Shown: positions 16,672 through 27,543 of the stretch, one piece after another
Layout: each line of letters opens with the position of its first letter
Numbering within the stretch: position 1 is the first letter of the stretch
DNA from: Halorhodospira halophila SL1
Lineage (GTDB): Bacteria > Pseudomonadota > Gammaproteobacteria > Nitrococcales > Halorhodospiraceae
DNA length: 32,000 nt
Assembly: GCF_000015585.1 (NCBI RefSeq)
Contig: NC_008789.1
Location: 2,370,001-2,402,000 of the forward strand
Direction: 5' to 3'
Translations under genes and position numbers: made by a program
The notes under the pieces: generated by a model
Seen by the model: only the letters and a program-made list of their open reading frames with translations
What the model was told of the DNA's origin: nothing
The model's database searches: none

Positions 16672-17634
16672 TTACTCGGCCAGCGCGCCCACGATGGTCT
16701 CGGCGTTGTGGCGCATCATCTGCAGGTAATCAGCCGCCGGGCCGTCCGCCCCGCTGAGCGAATCGACGTAGAGGGGGCCGGCGATCTCGACACCGGTCTC
16801 ATCGGCCACCGAACGCACATGGCGATCCGAGATGGTGCTCTCCCAGAACACCGCCCCGGGCTGCCACTCCCGGACCCGGTCGATGACCCGCATGATCTGT
16901 CGGGGCGAACCCTCCTGCTCGGCGTTGGTGCCCCAGATCCCGTCGTGCTCGAAGCCGAAGGCCTCTGCAAAGTAAGGGAAGGCCGCCTCGCTGGTGACCA
17001 GGAAGCGCTGCGCCTCGGGGACTGCCTCGAGTTTTTCGCCGATCTGCGTAAAGAGGGTCTCCAGCTCTTCCTGATAGGCCGCAGCATTGTCGCGGTAGAC
17101 GCCCTCCCCCTTGGGGTCGAGCTCGATCAGGGCGTCACGGATGGCGCTGACGTAGCCCTGGACCGCCCGCGGATCCATCCACAGGTGCGGATCCGGGTCG
17201 CCCTCGAAATCGCCGATACGGATCGGCAGGGTGTCGTGCCCCGAGCGCTCGGCCACGGCAACCACCGGCACCTGATCGCCCGCGGTGGCGCGCACCTGGC
17301 GCATCCACTGCTCCAGATCGTAGCCGTTATAGAAGACCCCATCGGCGCGCTCAAGATCCCGGAAGTTGCGCGGCTGCAACTCCCACTCGTGGACCTCGGC
17401 GTCCACCGGGGTCAGGCTGCTGACGGCCACCCGGTCCCCGCCGACCTGTTCAACCAGATCGGCCAGGATGGTGAACGTGGCGGCAATGCGGAGCGGCCCC
17501 TCCGCCGCAGCGGCCGACGGCGTCAACGCCACCGCCACAGCCAGCGCCAGGACCCAGCGCCTAGAGCGGCCCGCCTGCCAGCCACGCCTGCCCCCAGGCG
17601 TACCCGGCTCCCTCAGTCTGTTTGTGTCGTTCAT
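16672..17634 (-). CDS. Metal ABC transporter substrate-binding protein (TroA/ZnuA/MntC cluster-9 family)
   Basis: 320 aa from ATG 17632-17634 with the SD GAGGAA. The signal-like N-terminus is ...GRSRRWVLALAVAVALTPSAAAAEG. Metal-site motifs are AEVHEWEL and DPHLWMDP. I see no His-rich ZnuA loop, so metal specificity remains open. Confidence 0.85.
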   Translation of the reverse strand: MNDTNRLREPGTPGGRRGWQAGRSRRWVLALAVAVALTPSAAAAEGPLRIAATFTILADLVEQVGGDRVAVSSLTPVDAEVHEWELQPRNFRDLERADGVFYNGYDLEQWMRQVRATAGDQVPVVAVAERSGHDTLPIRIGDFEGDPDPHLWMDPRAVQGYVSAIRDALIELDPKGEGVYRDNAAAYQEELETLFTQIGEKLEAVPEAQRFLVTSEAAFPYFAEAFGFEHDGIWGTNAEQEGSPRQIMRVIDRVREWQPGAVFWESTISDRHVRSVADETGVEIAGPLYVDSLSGADGPAADYLQMMRHNAETIVGALAE

Positions 17635-17788
17635 CTTGACCAGTTTCCTCGCTACGACCGCCTGCGTCCAGCCACCCGCGCCGGCGGGCCGGGCGGCCAC
17701 AGCACGGCTGATTGGCCGCCGGGCGGCGAACACTGCGGTCGATCCGGTTGCGGAGGGCAGCGGCGGGTTTCATGCTTACACCTTTGAA

Positions 17789-17821
17789 CGCTTCTAATCT
17801 TTAGGCTCTAATTTAGAAGCG
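17789..17821 (-). promoter_or_regulatory. Inverted repeat overlapping the candidate -10 (operator candidate, or pgi terminator hairpin)
   Basis: CGCTTCTAA (17789-17797) and TTAGAAGCG (17813-17821) are perfect 9-bp arms with a 15-nt spacer. The spacer contains the nested small palindromes CTAAATTAG and CTAAAGATTAG on the minus strand. Confidence 0.4.
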
Positions 17822-17834
17822 CTCAAAAGAGATG

Positions 17835-17838
<4 letters not shown>
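17810..17838 (-). promoter_or_regulatory. Candidate sigma70 promoter for the metal ABC importer
   Basis: The minus strand reads TTGACA (17838-17833) - 17 nt - TAAATT (17815-17810). The -35 hexamer overlaps the pgi stop codon (TGA, 17835-17837). It lies in the only AT-rich patch of this region. Confidence 0.45.
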
Positions 17839-19451
<1,613 letters not shown>

Positions 19452-19534
19452 CTACAGTCCATCCTCTGTCGCCCAACACACCCTCGGTCATCGAGGCAGC
19501 CCCCGCCGGTTTCAAGCCTCGGGACGACCGGCGC

Positions 19535-20878
19535 TCAGAGGGGGCGACGAATACTCTCGCCCCGGCCCATACCGTAGTAGGTAAAACCGAGCGCCTCCAT
19601 CATCGAAGGCGGGTAGACATTGCGCCCATCGAAGACCACCGGCTGGCGCAGCGCGTCCCGGATGCGCTCGAAGTCGGGGCTGCGGAAGACCTGCCACTCG
19701 GTACAGACGATCAGCGCGTCGGCGTCCTCCACGGCGTCGTAGAGGTTGTCGCAGAGTTCCAGATCCTGCCGGTTGCCGTAGATCCGTTCGGCCTCGTCCA
19801 TCGCCTCGGGGTCGTAGGCCTGGACCCGCGCCCCGGCTTCCCAGAGCGCCTCCATGACGACACGACTGGGGGCTTCACGCATGTCGTCGGTGTTCGGCTT
19901 GAAGGCCAACCCCCAGAGCCCGAAGGTCCGCCCGCCCAGGTCCTCGCCAAAGTGTGCGTGCAGACGATGAACCAGCACCTGCTTCTGCCGGGCGTTGACG
20001 CTCTCCACCGCCTCGAGCAACTCGGGCTGATACCCGTACTCGTGCGCCGTGTGGGTCAGCGCCTTGACATCCTTGGGGAAGCAGGAGCCGCCGTAGCCAC
20101 ACCCCGGATAAATGAAGTGGTAGCCGATGCGCGGATCCGACCCCATCCCCACCCGTACCTGCTCGATATCGGCACCCAGGCGCTCGGCCAGGTTGGAGAG
20201 CTCGTTCATGAAGCTGATCTTGGTCGCCAACATGGCATTGGAGGCGTACTTGGTCAGCTCCGCAGAGCGCACATCCATGGCGATCAGCCGGTCGTGGCTA
20301 CGATTGAACGGCGCGTAGAGCGCCTTCATGAGCTCGCCGGTGCGCGGGTTGTCGCTGCCGATGATGATGCGGTCGGGCTTGACGAAGTCGTCGATGGCCG
20401 CCCCTTCCTTGAGGAACTCAGGGTTGGAGACGACGTCGTACTCCAGCTGCTCGCCGCGGGCGGCCAGCTCCTCGCCCACCGCGGCGCGCACCCGGTCCGC
20501 GGTGCCCACGGGCACGGTGGACTTATCGACGACCACCCGGTAGTCATCCATGTGCTGGCCGATGGTCCGGGCCACAGCGAGTACATGCTGCAGGTCCGCC
20601 GAGCCATCCTCGTCCGAAGGCGTGCCCACGGCGATGAACTGGAACAGGCCGTGGTGCACCCCCTCGGCGGCATTGGTGGTAAAGCGCAGCCGCCCCTCCT
20701 CCTGGTTGAAGGAGAGCATCTCGTCGAGCCCCGGCTCGTAGATGGGGACCTCACCGCGCTGCAACTGCGCGACGCGCTCCGCGTCGATATCGACACAGAC
20801 AACGTCGTTGCCGGCATCGGCGAAGCAGGTCCCGGTAACCAGACCCACGTAGCCGCTGCCGAAGATCGTGACCTTCAT
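19535..20878 (-). CDS. ugd: UDP-glucose 6-dehydrogenase
   Basis: 447 aa. [16 protein letters not shown] is the Rossmann fold and [10 protein letters not shown] carries the catalytic Cys. The SD is AAGGAGTGGAG. Confidence 0.95.
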   Translation of the reverse strand: MKVTIFGSGYVGLVTGTCFADAGNDVVCVDIDAERVAQLQRGEVPIYEPGLDEMLSFNQEEGRLRFTTNAAEGVHHGLFQFIAVGTPSDEDGSADLQHVLAVARTIGQHMDDYRVVVDKSTVPVGTADRVRAAVGEELAARGEQLEYDVVSNPEFLKEGAAIDDFVKPDRIIIGSDNPRTGELMKALYAPFNRSHDRLIAMDVRSAELTKYASNAMLATKISFMNELSNLAERLGADIEQVRVGMGSDPRIGYHFIYPGCGYGGSCFPKDVKALTHTAHEYGYQPELLEAVESVNARQKQVLVHRLHAHFGEDLGGRTFGLWGLAFKPNTDDMREAPSRVVMEALWEAGARVQAYDPEAMDEAERIYGNRQDLELCDNLYDAVEDADALIVCTEWQVFRSPDFERIRDALRQPVVFDGRNVYPPSMMEALGFTYYGMGRGESIRRPL

Positions 20879-20908
20879 GATTCACTCCACTCCTTGAGGG
20901 GCCGCCTC

Positions 20909-21919
20909 TCAGACCCCGTAAAACGCTCGATACCAAGCCACGAACTGCGGTAAACCCTGCTCGATGGCCGTCTGCGGGTGCCACCCCGTCGCGGCGGTCA
21001 GATCGTCGATGTCGGCGTAGGTCTCGGCGACGTCTCCTGGCTGCATGGGCAGCTCGTGCCGCTGCGCCTTCCGCCCGCAGGCGTCCTCCAGGGCGGCGAT
21101 GAAGTCCTCGAGCGCCACAGGCCGATGGTTGCCGATATTGTAGACGCGGTAGGGCGCGTTGCTGCGCGCCGGATCCGGGGCATCGGTGGAGAACTCCGGA
21201 TCCGGCTCCGGCAGGGTGTCCATCACGCGCAGCACCCCGTCGACGATATCGTCGATGTAGGTGAAGTCGCGGCGCATGCGGCCGTAGTTGTAGACCTCGA
21301 TAGGCTCTCCGGCGAGGATCGACCGCGTAAACTTGAACGGCGCCATGTCCGGACGCCCCCAGGGGCCGTAGACGGTGAAGAAGCGCAGACCGGTGACGGG
21401 CAGACCGTAGAGGTGGGCGTAGGTGTGCGCCATCAGCTCGTTGGACTTCTTGGTGGCCGCGTAGAGCGACACCGGGTGATCGACGTTGTCGTGGACCGAG
21501 AACGGCATACGCGTGTTGGCGCCGTAGACTGAACTCGAAGAGGCGTAGACCAGGTGCCCGGTGTCGTGGTGACGGCACCCCTCCAGGATGTTGCCGAAGC
21601 CCACCAGATTGCTGTCGATGTACGCCCGCGGATTCTCCAGGGAATAGCGCACGCCGGCCTGGGCGGCCAGATGGATGACGCGGTCGAAGCGCCCCTCGCG
21701 GAAGAGGGCGTCGACGCCGGCGGAATCGGCGAGGTCTACGCGGGCGAAGTAGAAATCCCCCTCGCAGCGGCGCAGCTCGTCCAGGCGCGCCTCCTTGAGG
21801 GTTACGTCGTAGTAGTCGTTGAGATTATCGATTCCGACGACTTGATGGCCCGCCTCGATCAGCTGCCGGGCGCAGTGCATGCCGATGAAACCGGCCACGC
21901 CGGTGACGAGGATTCGCAC
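20909..21919 (-). CDS. NAD-dependent epimerase/dehydratase, UDP-glucuronate 4-epimerase-like
   Basis: 336 aa. GTG start at 21917-21919 with the SD AGGAAGGA. It has TGVAGFIG and the SDR motif YAATKKSNE (YxxxK). It is adjacent to ugd. Confidence 0.85.
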   Translation of the reverse strand: MRILVTGVAGFIGMHCARQLIEAGHQVVGIDNLNDYYDVTLKEARLDELRRCEGDFYFARVDLADSAGVDALFREGRFDRVIHLAAQAGVRYSLENPRAYIDSNLVGFGNILEGCRHHDTGHLVYASSSSVYGANTRMPFSVHDNVDHPVSLYAATKKSNELMAHTYAHLYGLPVTGLRFFTVYGPWGRPDMAPFKFTRSILAGEPIEVYNYGRMRRDFTYIDDIVDGVLRVMDTLPEPDPEFSTDAPDPARSNAPYRVYNIGNHRPVALEDFIAALEDACGRKAQRHELPMQPGDVAETYADIDDLTAATGWHPQTAIEQGLPQFVAWYRAFYGV

Positions 21920-22006
21920 GGGTTTCCTTCCTCTCGCGCAGTTACACCGGGGAAAAACGGCCTTTAGGGTACCCGAGGCCCGATTCGCCGTACAGGGCGG
22001 ACCCGC

Positions 22007-22624
22007 CTAGCCGCCAGCCGGGCGGGCCACCACCAGACAGGAGGCCCGCCCGGCGTGCTCGGCGAGGGTCTCCCAGGCCTCCAGCTCCAGACCGCCGGCG
22101 CGGATCTGCGCCCGGAACGTCTCCTCATAAGTGACCCGCCCGAAGTCGATGCTGGTCATCCGCCTGAGCATCGGCTTGAGGCGCTCCAGCCACGGCGCCC
22201 GCCGCCGCTGGATGGTCTGGGTAAAGAGCAGGCACCCTCCCGGGCGCAGGAGCCTGGCGCAGTGGCGCAGGGCCCGCTCCGGTTCGGGCAAGAGCATGAA
22301 GCTGGCCGAGAAGTAGACGGCATCGTACGGCCCACCGTCGTGGTCGTAGACCGATTCGTGGTGCAGGGCGACCCGCTCGGCCAGGACCGAGGCCGCAACC
22401 CGCTGGCGGGCCCGCTCGATATAGTCCCCATCGATGTCGATGCCGGTTACCCGCTGATCCCGCTCCCGGACCCGCTCAGCGTTGGCCAGCAGGGCCCCCG
22501 CCGTCCCCACACCCACATCCAGCACATGCGCCCCCTCGGGCAGCCGCTCGAGCACCTCGGCGTACCAGCGGGCGGTGAGGCGAAGGATCAGGGCGTCGTA
22601 AACAGCGCTGCGGATGCCGGGCAT
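22007..22624 (-). CDS. Class I SAM-dependent methyltransferase
   Basis: 205 aa from ATG 22622-22624; the track ORF is 5'-extended to 22894. Motif I is HVLDVGVGTAG, with ...LLRPGGCLLF downstream. Confidence 0.75.
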   Translation of the reverse strand: MPGIRSAVYDALILRLTARWYAEVLERLPEGAHVLDVGVGTAGALLANAERVRERDQRVTGIDIDGDYIERARQRVAASVLAERVALHHESVYDHDGGPYDAVYFSASFMLLPEPERALRHCARLLRPGGCLLFTQTIQRRRAPWLERLKPMLRRMTSIDFGRVTYEETFRAQIRAGGLELEAWETLAEHAGRASCLVVARPAGG

Positions 22625-22706
22625 GCGGACCTCACGGGTCAGGGGCTGGCTTCCATCGGCGGGCGGCCCGCCGGTTGCCGGGCCACCGCTCGCATCGCGC
22701 GGGATC

Positions 22707-23168
22707 CTACCAGATCCGCCACTCGCCCTGATCGGTGCGCACCAGCTCCAGCTCATCCTTGTGCTCCATGGTGCTGCCGGGCTCCACCTGCCCCGCCTGG
22801 CGCAGGGCAAACCCCCACAGCGTGAACACCATCTCCAGGCTGTCCAGCGGGGTATCGCTGCTGAAGGCGCGCTCGCCGAAGGCGCCCGGGTCACGCAGGA
22901 GTTCCACCCCCTCCTCGGTGATCGCCACTTCCTTGCGCACGCGGATCAGATAGGAGCCATCATCGCGCTCGTGGGTAGAAACGAGCTCGAAGTCCACTAA
23001 CTCAAAAACCTTGACGTCCCCGAGGTAGAACTCGGTCTCGTCCTCGAACAGCAGGTCACGGACCTCCGACTCCGTGGGACTGGGCCCGCTGCGCTCGCAG
23101 CCAGCGGCCACCAACGCCAGGGCCAGCACCAGGATCAGGGCCGGAGCGGAACGGCGAATGCGCAGCAT
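22707..23168 (-). CDS. Hypothetical lipoprotein
   Basis: 153 aa from ATG 23166-23168 with the SD TGGAGGGAG. The signal peptide plus lipobox is LALALVAAGCERS. The rest of track ORF 22707..23717 is a spurious extension that overlaps the plus-strand gene. Confidence 0.7.
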   Translation of the reverse strand: MLRIRRSAPALILVLALALVAAGCERSGPSPTESEVRDLLFEDETEFYLGDVKVFELVDFELVSTHERDDGSYLIRVRKEVAITEEGVELLRDPGAFGERAFSSDTPLDSLEMVFTLWGFALRQAGQVEPGSTMEHKDELELVRTDQGEWRIW

Positions 23169-23352
23169 CAAGCTTCTCCCTCCAGGCTGACGGATACCGC
23201 TCTTCGGTACAGTATCGCTCAGGATGGCACCTGCGAGGGGCTGCGCGCACCCGGCGCGACCGGTTCCGCCCCCGGCACGCCCCGGTGGCATACTGATCGG
23301 GCCCCGCAGGATCGAGCCCGCCTGCGGCCCGCCTGAGCCACGAGGAGCAAGG

Positions 23353-23871
23353 ATGGAACGCCTGTTACCCGAGGAGCTGATCCGGACCGGTTCACGCATC
23401 GCCGAGCGCCTGCGCCAGCGCAGCGTCTGCGTGCCCATTCCGGAACGGGCCATGGCACGAACGGTGACCGGGGCCAACGACCCCAGCCTGCGCCACCTGA
23501 CGCTGCGCATCAGCGAAGGCGGGCGCATCGTGGTCAGCGGCGAGAAGAAGAAAGGGGTGTGGATCCCCTTCTCGGTGACCTTCATCGCGGTGGCACCGCC
23601 GCCCGGTACCGCCGGCCCCTCCGTGGAGCTGCACCTGGAGCGCACCTCCCCCTTCTTCGCCGCCCCCTTCGTCCTGCGGGCGCTGGGACGCATGCCCGAG
23701 ATGGAGATCATCGGCAACCGGGCCCGGGTGCGCGTCGATCATTGGATCGATCAGCAGGGCTGGGCGGAATCCCTGCCCACCGGGATGTTCAAGCGGGTCC
23801 GCGTCACCGAGGTGGACACGGACCCCGGCAATCGGCAGCTGCTGGTGACGCTGGGGCTCGCGGGCGGGTAA
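23353..23871 (+). CDS. Hypothetical protein (no family recognised)
   Basis: 172 aa from ATG 23353 with the SD GAGGAGCAAGG. GC3-rich codon usage continues throughout. I recognise no motif. Confidence 0.6.
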   Translation: MERLLPEELIRTGSRIAERLRQRSVCVPIPERAMARTVTGANDPSLRHLTLRISEGGRIVVSGEKKKGVWIPFSVTFIAVAPPPGTAGPSVELHLERTSPFFAAPFVLRALGRMPEMEIIGNRARVRVDHWIDQQGWAESLPTGMFKRVRVTEVDTDPGNRQLLVTLGLAGG

Positions 23872-23900
23872 CACCCGGGGCCGCCGGGGTACGCACTGGC

Positions 23901-26738
23901 CTATCCGGCGACCGGCCCCGTGCCGAGGGCCTGGCTTAGATACGCGGCGGTGTAAGAGGCCGCACTCTCGGCCACGTGCTCCGGCGGGCCAGCGGCGAGG
24001 ATCTGCCCGCCGCCGTCGCCGCCCTCCGGCCCCAGATCGATGATCCAGTCCGCGCAGCGCATGATGTCCAGGTCGTGTTCCACCACCACCACGGTGTTGC
24101 CGTGGTCGCACAGGCGCTGCAGCACCGCGAGCAGCTGCTCCACGTCGGCAAAGTGCAGCCCGGTGGTGGGCTCATCCAGGATATAGAGGTTGCGCCCGTG
24201 CTCGCGCCGCGAGAGCTCCCGGGCCAGCTTGACGCGCTGCGCCTCACCACCGGAGAGGGTCGTCGCACTCTGCCCCAGGCGCAGATAGCCCAGGCCGACC
24301 TCGCGCAGGGTCTCGAGCTTGCGGCGGATGGCGGGGACCGCTTCGAAGAATTCGTAGGCCTGGTCCACGGTCATCTCCAGGACCTCGTGGATGGTGTAGC
24401 CGCGGTAGCGGATCTCCAGGGTCTCGCGGTTGAAGCGAGTGCCGTGGCAGCTGTCGCAGGCGACGTAGAGATCCGGCAGCAGGTGCATCTCCACGCGGAC
24501 CACGCCCTCGCCCTGGCACGCCTCGCAGCGCCCACCCTGCACGTTGAAGGAGAAACGCCCCGGCTTGTAGCCCCGGGCGCGCGCCTCGGGCGTGGCGGCG
24601 AAGAGTTCGCGCACCGGGCCGAACACCCCGGTGTAGGTCGCCGGATTGGAGCGCGGCGTGCGGCCGATGGGGCTCTGATCGATGTCCACCACCTTCTCGA
24701 AGTGCTCGAGACCGTGGACGCGATCGTGCTCCGCGGGGCTGGTCTGGGCGCCATTGAGGTCGCGGGCGGCGCTGCGGTAGAGGGTGTCGTTGATCAGCGT
24801 GGACTTACCGGAGCCAGAGACCCCGGTGACACAGGTCATTAAGCCCACGGGGATCTCGGCGGTCACGTCCTGCAGGTTGTGGCCGCGGGCGCCGGTCATC
24901 CGCACCCAGCGCTCGTCCTCCGGAGGACGCCGGCGCTGCGGCAGCGCAATGGTGCGCCGGCCGCTGAGGAACGCCCCGGTGACCGAATCCGGGTGCTCGG
25001 CCACCGCCTGCGGGGTACCGGCGGCCACCACCGTGCCACCGTGGATCCCGGCGCCCGGCCCCATGTCGATGATGTGGTCGGCGGCGCGCATGGCGTCCGG
25101 CTCGTGCTCGACGACGATGACGCTGTTGCCCAGATCCCGCAGCCGACGCAGGGTGTCGAGCAACCGATCGTGGTCCCGGGGGTGCAGCCCGATGGAGGGT
25201 TCGTCGAGGACGTAGAGCACCCCCACCAAGCCAGCGCCGATCTGACTGGCCAGGCGGATGCGTTGCGCCTCGCCGCCTGAGAGGGTCTCCGCCGCCCGGT
25301 CCAGGGTCAGGTAACCCAGCCCCACATCCTCCAGGAAGCCCAGGCGCTGCCGGATCTCCTCGAGGATCGGCCGGGCGATCTCCCCGCGGGCCCCATCCGG
25401 CTCCAGGGCCCGCACCCGCTCCCGGGCGACGTAGATGGGTAGCGCGGCGATATCCGGCAGGGCGACGCCCTCCACCCGCACGTTGCGGGCGCGCTGATTC
25501 AGTCGACCGCCCTGGCACTCCGGGCAGGTGCGCTGGGCCATGAAGCGACCCAGCTCGTCGCGGACGGTGGCGGACTCGGCCTCCCGGAAACGCCGCTCCA
25601 GGTTGGGGATCACGCCCTCGAAGGGATGAACGCGCTCCGTGTGGCCATTGCGGCCGGGGTAGTGGAAGACGATCTCCTCATCGCCGGAGCCGTAGAGGAT
25701 GCAGTGTCGCGTGGACTCCGGCAGATCGGCCCACGGGGTCTCCAGACTGAACCCGTAGTGCGCCGCCAGCCCCTGCAGAATGGCGAAGTAGTAGAGGTTG
25801 CGCCGGTCCCAGCCACGAATCGCCCCCTCGGCCGGCGTCAGCTGCGGCCGGCTGACTACGCGCTCGGGGTCGAAGAAGTGCTGGGTCCCCAGCCCGTCGC
25901 AGGTCGGGCAGGCGCCCTGAGGGTTGTTGAACGAGAACATCCGCGGCTCCAGGGGCTCCACCGCGTGGCCGCACTCCGGGCAGGCGTGCTGCGCGGAGAA
26001 GACCAGCGCCTCGCGTTCCGGCTCGTCCATCCAGGCGACCCGCACCACCCCCTCGCCGATGCGCAGGGCGGTCTCGATGGAGTCGGCCAGCCGCCCGGCG
26101 AGATCGTCGCGGACCCGAAAGCGGTCGATGACCGCCTCGATATCGTGGGCGCTGTCGCCGTCGAGCTGGGGCAGCGGATCGAGTTCCACCACCTGGCCGT
26201 CGATCCGCACCCGGAGATACCCCTGGCTCCGCAGCTGCTCCAGGGTGCGCCGGTGCTCGCCGGGGCTCCCGTCGACCAGCGGGGCGAGCAGCATCATCTT
26301 GCTCCCCTCCGGCTCCGCCAGGATGCGATCGACCATCTCCGAGACCGTGCTCGCCTCCAGGGCGACCTGGTGCTCGGGGCAGTACGGGATGCCGGCCCGG
26401 GCGAAGAGCAGGCGCAGGTAGTCGTGGATCTCGGTCACGGTGCCCACCGTGGAGCGCGGATTGTGGGACGCCGATTTCTGCTCGACCGAGATCGCCGGCG
26501 ACAGCCCCTCGATGTGATCCACGTCGGGCTTGTCCATCATCGACAGGAACTGCCGCGCGTAGGCGGACAACGACTCTACGTAGCGCCGCTGCCCCTCCGC
26601 ATAGAGGGTGTCGAAGGCCAGCGACGACTTCCCCGACCCCGACGGCCCGGTGATCACCACCAGGCAGTTGCGCGGGATGTCGATATCCAGGTTGTCGAGG
26701 TTGTGGGTGCGGGCGCCGCGGATGCGGATATGGTCCAT
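23901..26738 (-). CDS. uvrA: Excinuclease ABC subunit A
   Basis: 945 aa. [53 protein letters not shown]... opens the protein. It has two ABC modules and Cys-rich zinc modules. Confidence 0.97.
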   Translation of the reverse strand: MDHIRIRGARTHNLDNLDIDIPRNCLVVITGPSGSGKSSLAFDTLYAEGQRRYVESLSAYARQFLSMMDKPDVDHIEGLSPAISVEQKSASHNPRSTVGTVTEIHDYLRLLFARAGIPYCPEHQVALEASTVSEMVDRILAEPEGSKMMLLAPLVDGSPGEHRRTLEQLRSQGYLRVRIDGQVVELDPLPQLDGDSAHDIEAVIDRFRVRDDLAGRLADSIETALRIGEGVVRVAWMDEPEREALVFSAQHACPECGHAVEPLEPRMFSFNNPQGACPTCDGLGTQHFFDPERVVSRPQLTPAEGAIRGWDRRNLYYFAILQGLAAHYGFSLETPWADLPESTRHCILYGSGDEEIVFHYPGRNGHTERVHPFEGVIPNLERRFREAESATVRDELGRFMAQRTCPECQGGRLNQRARNVRVEGVALPDIAALPIYVARERVRALEPDGARGEIARPILEEIRQRLGFLEDVGLGYLTLDRAAETLSGGEAQRIRLASQIGAGLVGVLYVLDEPSIGLHPRDHDRLLDTLRRLRDLGNSVIVVEHEPDAMRAADHIIDMGPGAGIHGGTVVAAGTPQAVAEHPDSVTGAFLSGRRTIALPQRRRPPEDERWVRMTGARGHNLQDVTAEIPVGLMTCVTGVSGSGKSTLINDTLYRSAARDLNGAQTSPAEHDRVHGLEHFEKVVDIDQSPIGRTPRSNPATYTGVFGPVRELFAATPEARARGYKPGRFSFNVQGGRCEACQGEGVVRVEMHLLPDLYVACDSCHGTRFNRETLEIRYRGYTIHEVLEMTVDQAYEFFEAVPAIRRKLETLREVGLGYLRLGQSATTLSGGEAQRVKLARELSRREHGRNLYILDEPTTGLHFADVEQLLAVLQRLCDHGNTVVVVEHDLDIMRCADWIIDLGPEGGDGGGQILAAGPPEHVAESAASYTAAYLSQALGTGPVAG

Positions 26739-26961
26739 GCTGCTCTCGACGCGATGTGGCCGGCGAACCGTTTAAGGTACCGCGCCAGGGACGACATGTC
26801 AGGCCGCCGGCGCTGCTGCGGCCGGTTTCGCCGGACCGGCAAAACCTTTACATTGAGGCCAGCTGTGGGGCGGCAGACACGGAGCGTGGCCGCCCCGCTT
26901 CGCCGGCCGCGACGCGGCCCCATCCCACTGTTCACTAAAGACTTTTCGGAGGAGCACGGCC

Positions 26962-27444
26962 ATGGCCAGCAGAGGCGTCAACAAGGTCATCCTGATCGGC
27001 AACCTGGGGAGGGACCCCGAGGTCCGTTACACCGCGTCGGGCAGCGCGGTGGCCAACGTCGCCCTGGCGACCTCGGACACCTGGCGCGACCGTCAGACCG
27101 GTGAACAGCAGGAGCGCACCGAGTGGCATCGCGTGGTCATGTTCAACCGCCTCGGCGAGATCGCCGGCGAGTACCTGCGCAAGGGCAGCAAGGTCTACAT
27201 TGAAGGCCGCCTGCAGACGCGCAAATGGCAGGACCAGAACGGCCAGGACCGGTACACCACGGAGATCGTCGCCAACGAGATGCAGATGCTCGACAGCCGC
27301 GGCGGTGGGGGCGGTGCCGCGCCCATGGGCGGCGGCGGCGACCAGCGCCCGGCTCAGGCCCCGGCCGGCGACGCCGGTGGTGGCAGTGGCGGCGGCGGCA
27401 TGCAGGAAGCCCCGGCGGATTTCGACGACGATATCCCATTCTGA
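26962..27444 (+). CDS. ssb: Single-stranded DNA-binding protein
   Basis: 160 aa. The OB fold is [24 protein letters not shown]...TEWHRVV. A Gly-rich linker leads to the acidic tip DFDDDIPF. The SD is GGAGGAG. Confidence 0.97.
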   Translation: MASRGVNKVILIGNLGRDPEVRYTASGSAVANVALATSDTWRDRQTGEQQERTEWHRVVMFNRLGEIAGEYLRKGSKVYIEGRLQTRKWQDQNGQDRYTTEIVANEMQMLDSRGGGGGAAPMGGGGDQRPAQAPAGDAGGGSGGGGMQEAPADFDDDIPF

Positions 27445-27478
27445 TCGGGACTTTTCAGCGACAGCCGATCGACCCACC

Positions 27479-27505
27479 CCGAGGCCCGCCCAGTGCGGGC
27501 CTCGG
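27479..27505. terminator. Stem-loop between convergent ssb and copA (candidate bidirectional terminator)
   Basis: CCGAGGCCCGC (27479-27489) and GCGGGCCTCGG (27495-27505) form a perfect 11-bp stem with a 5-nt loop. It is followed by AGTTTCGGG, which is only a weak T-tract. Confidence 0.6.
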
Positions 27506-27543
27506 AGTTTCGGGTGCTCCCAACCCAGCCCCGCCTCTACAAA

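Noticed and set aside
17561-17773. 70-codon ORF overlapping the SBP start
   Set aside because: The product is Arg/Gly/Ala-rich with no motif, and it is out of frame with a well-supported gene. It is retained only as a remark under the leader finding.
19480-19516. CTTGAAA-N13-CCTCGATG (minus strand) upstream of pgi as a second sigma32 promoter
   Set aside because: The -10 matches CCCCATnT poorly, and pgi is not an expected heat-shock gene. The CTTGAAA is probably coincidental.
22707-23717. 336-aa minus-strand ORF, and similar 5'-extended track ORFs (13210..14112, 13770..14375, 27544..29991, 16672..17733, 22007..22894, 7808..9313, 1281..2651)
   Set aside because: The family-like sequence begins at an internal start with a good SD and/or a start-stop overlap with the upstream gene. 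The upstream extensions are Arg/Pro/Gly-rich and overlap neighbouring genes.
26739-26961. LexA/SOS box between uvrA and ssb
   Set aside because: No CTG-N10-CAG (CTGT-N8-ACAG) is present. The GTTC-N7-GTTC type is also not seen. I kept this only as a negative observation in the findings.
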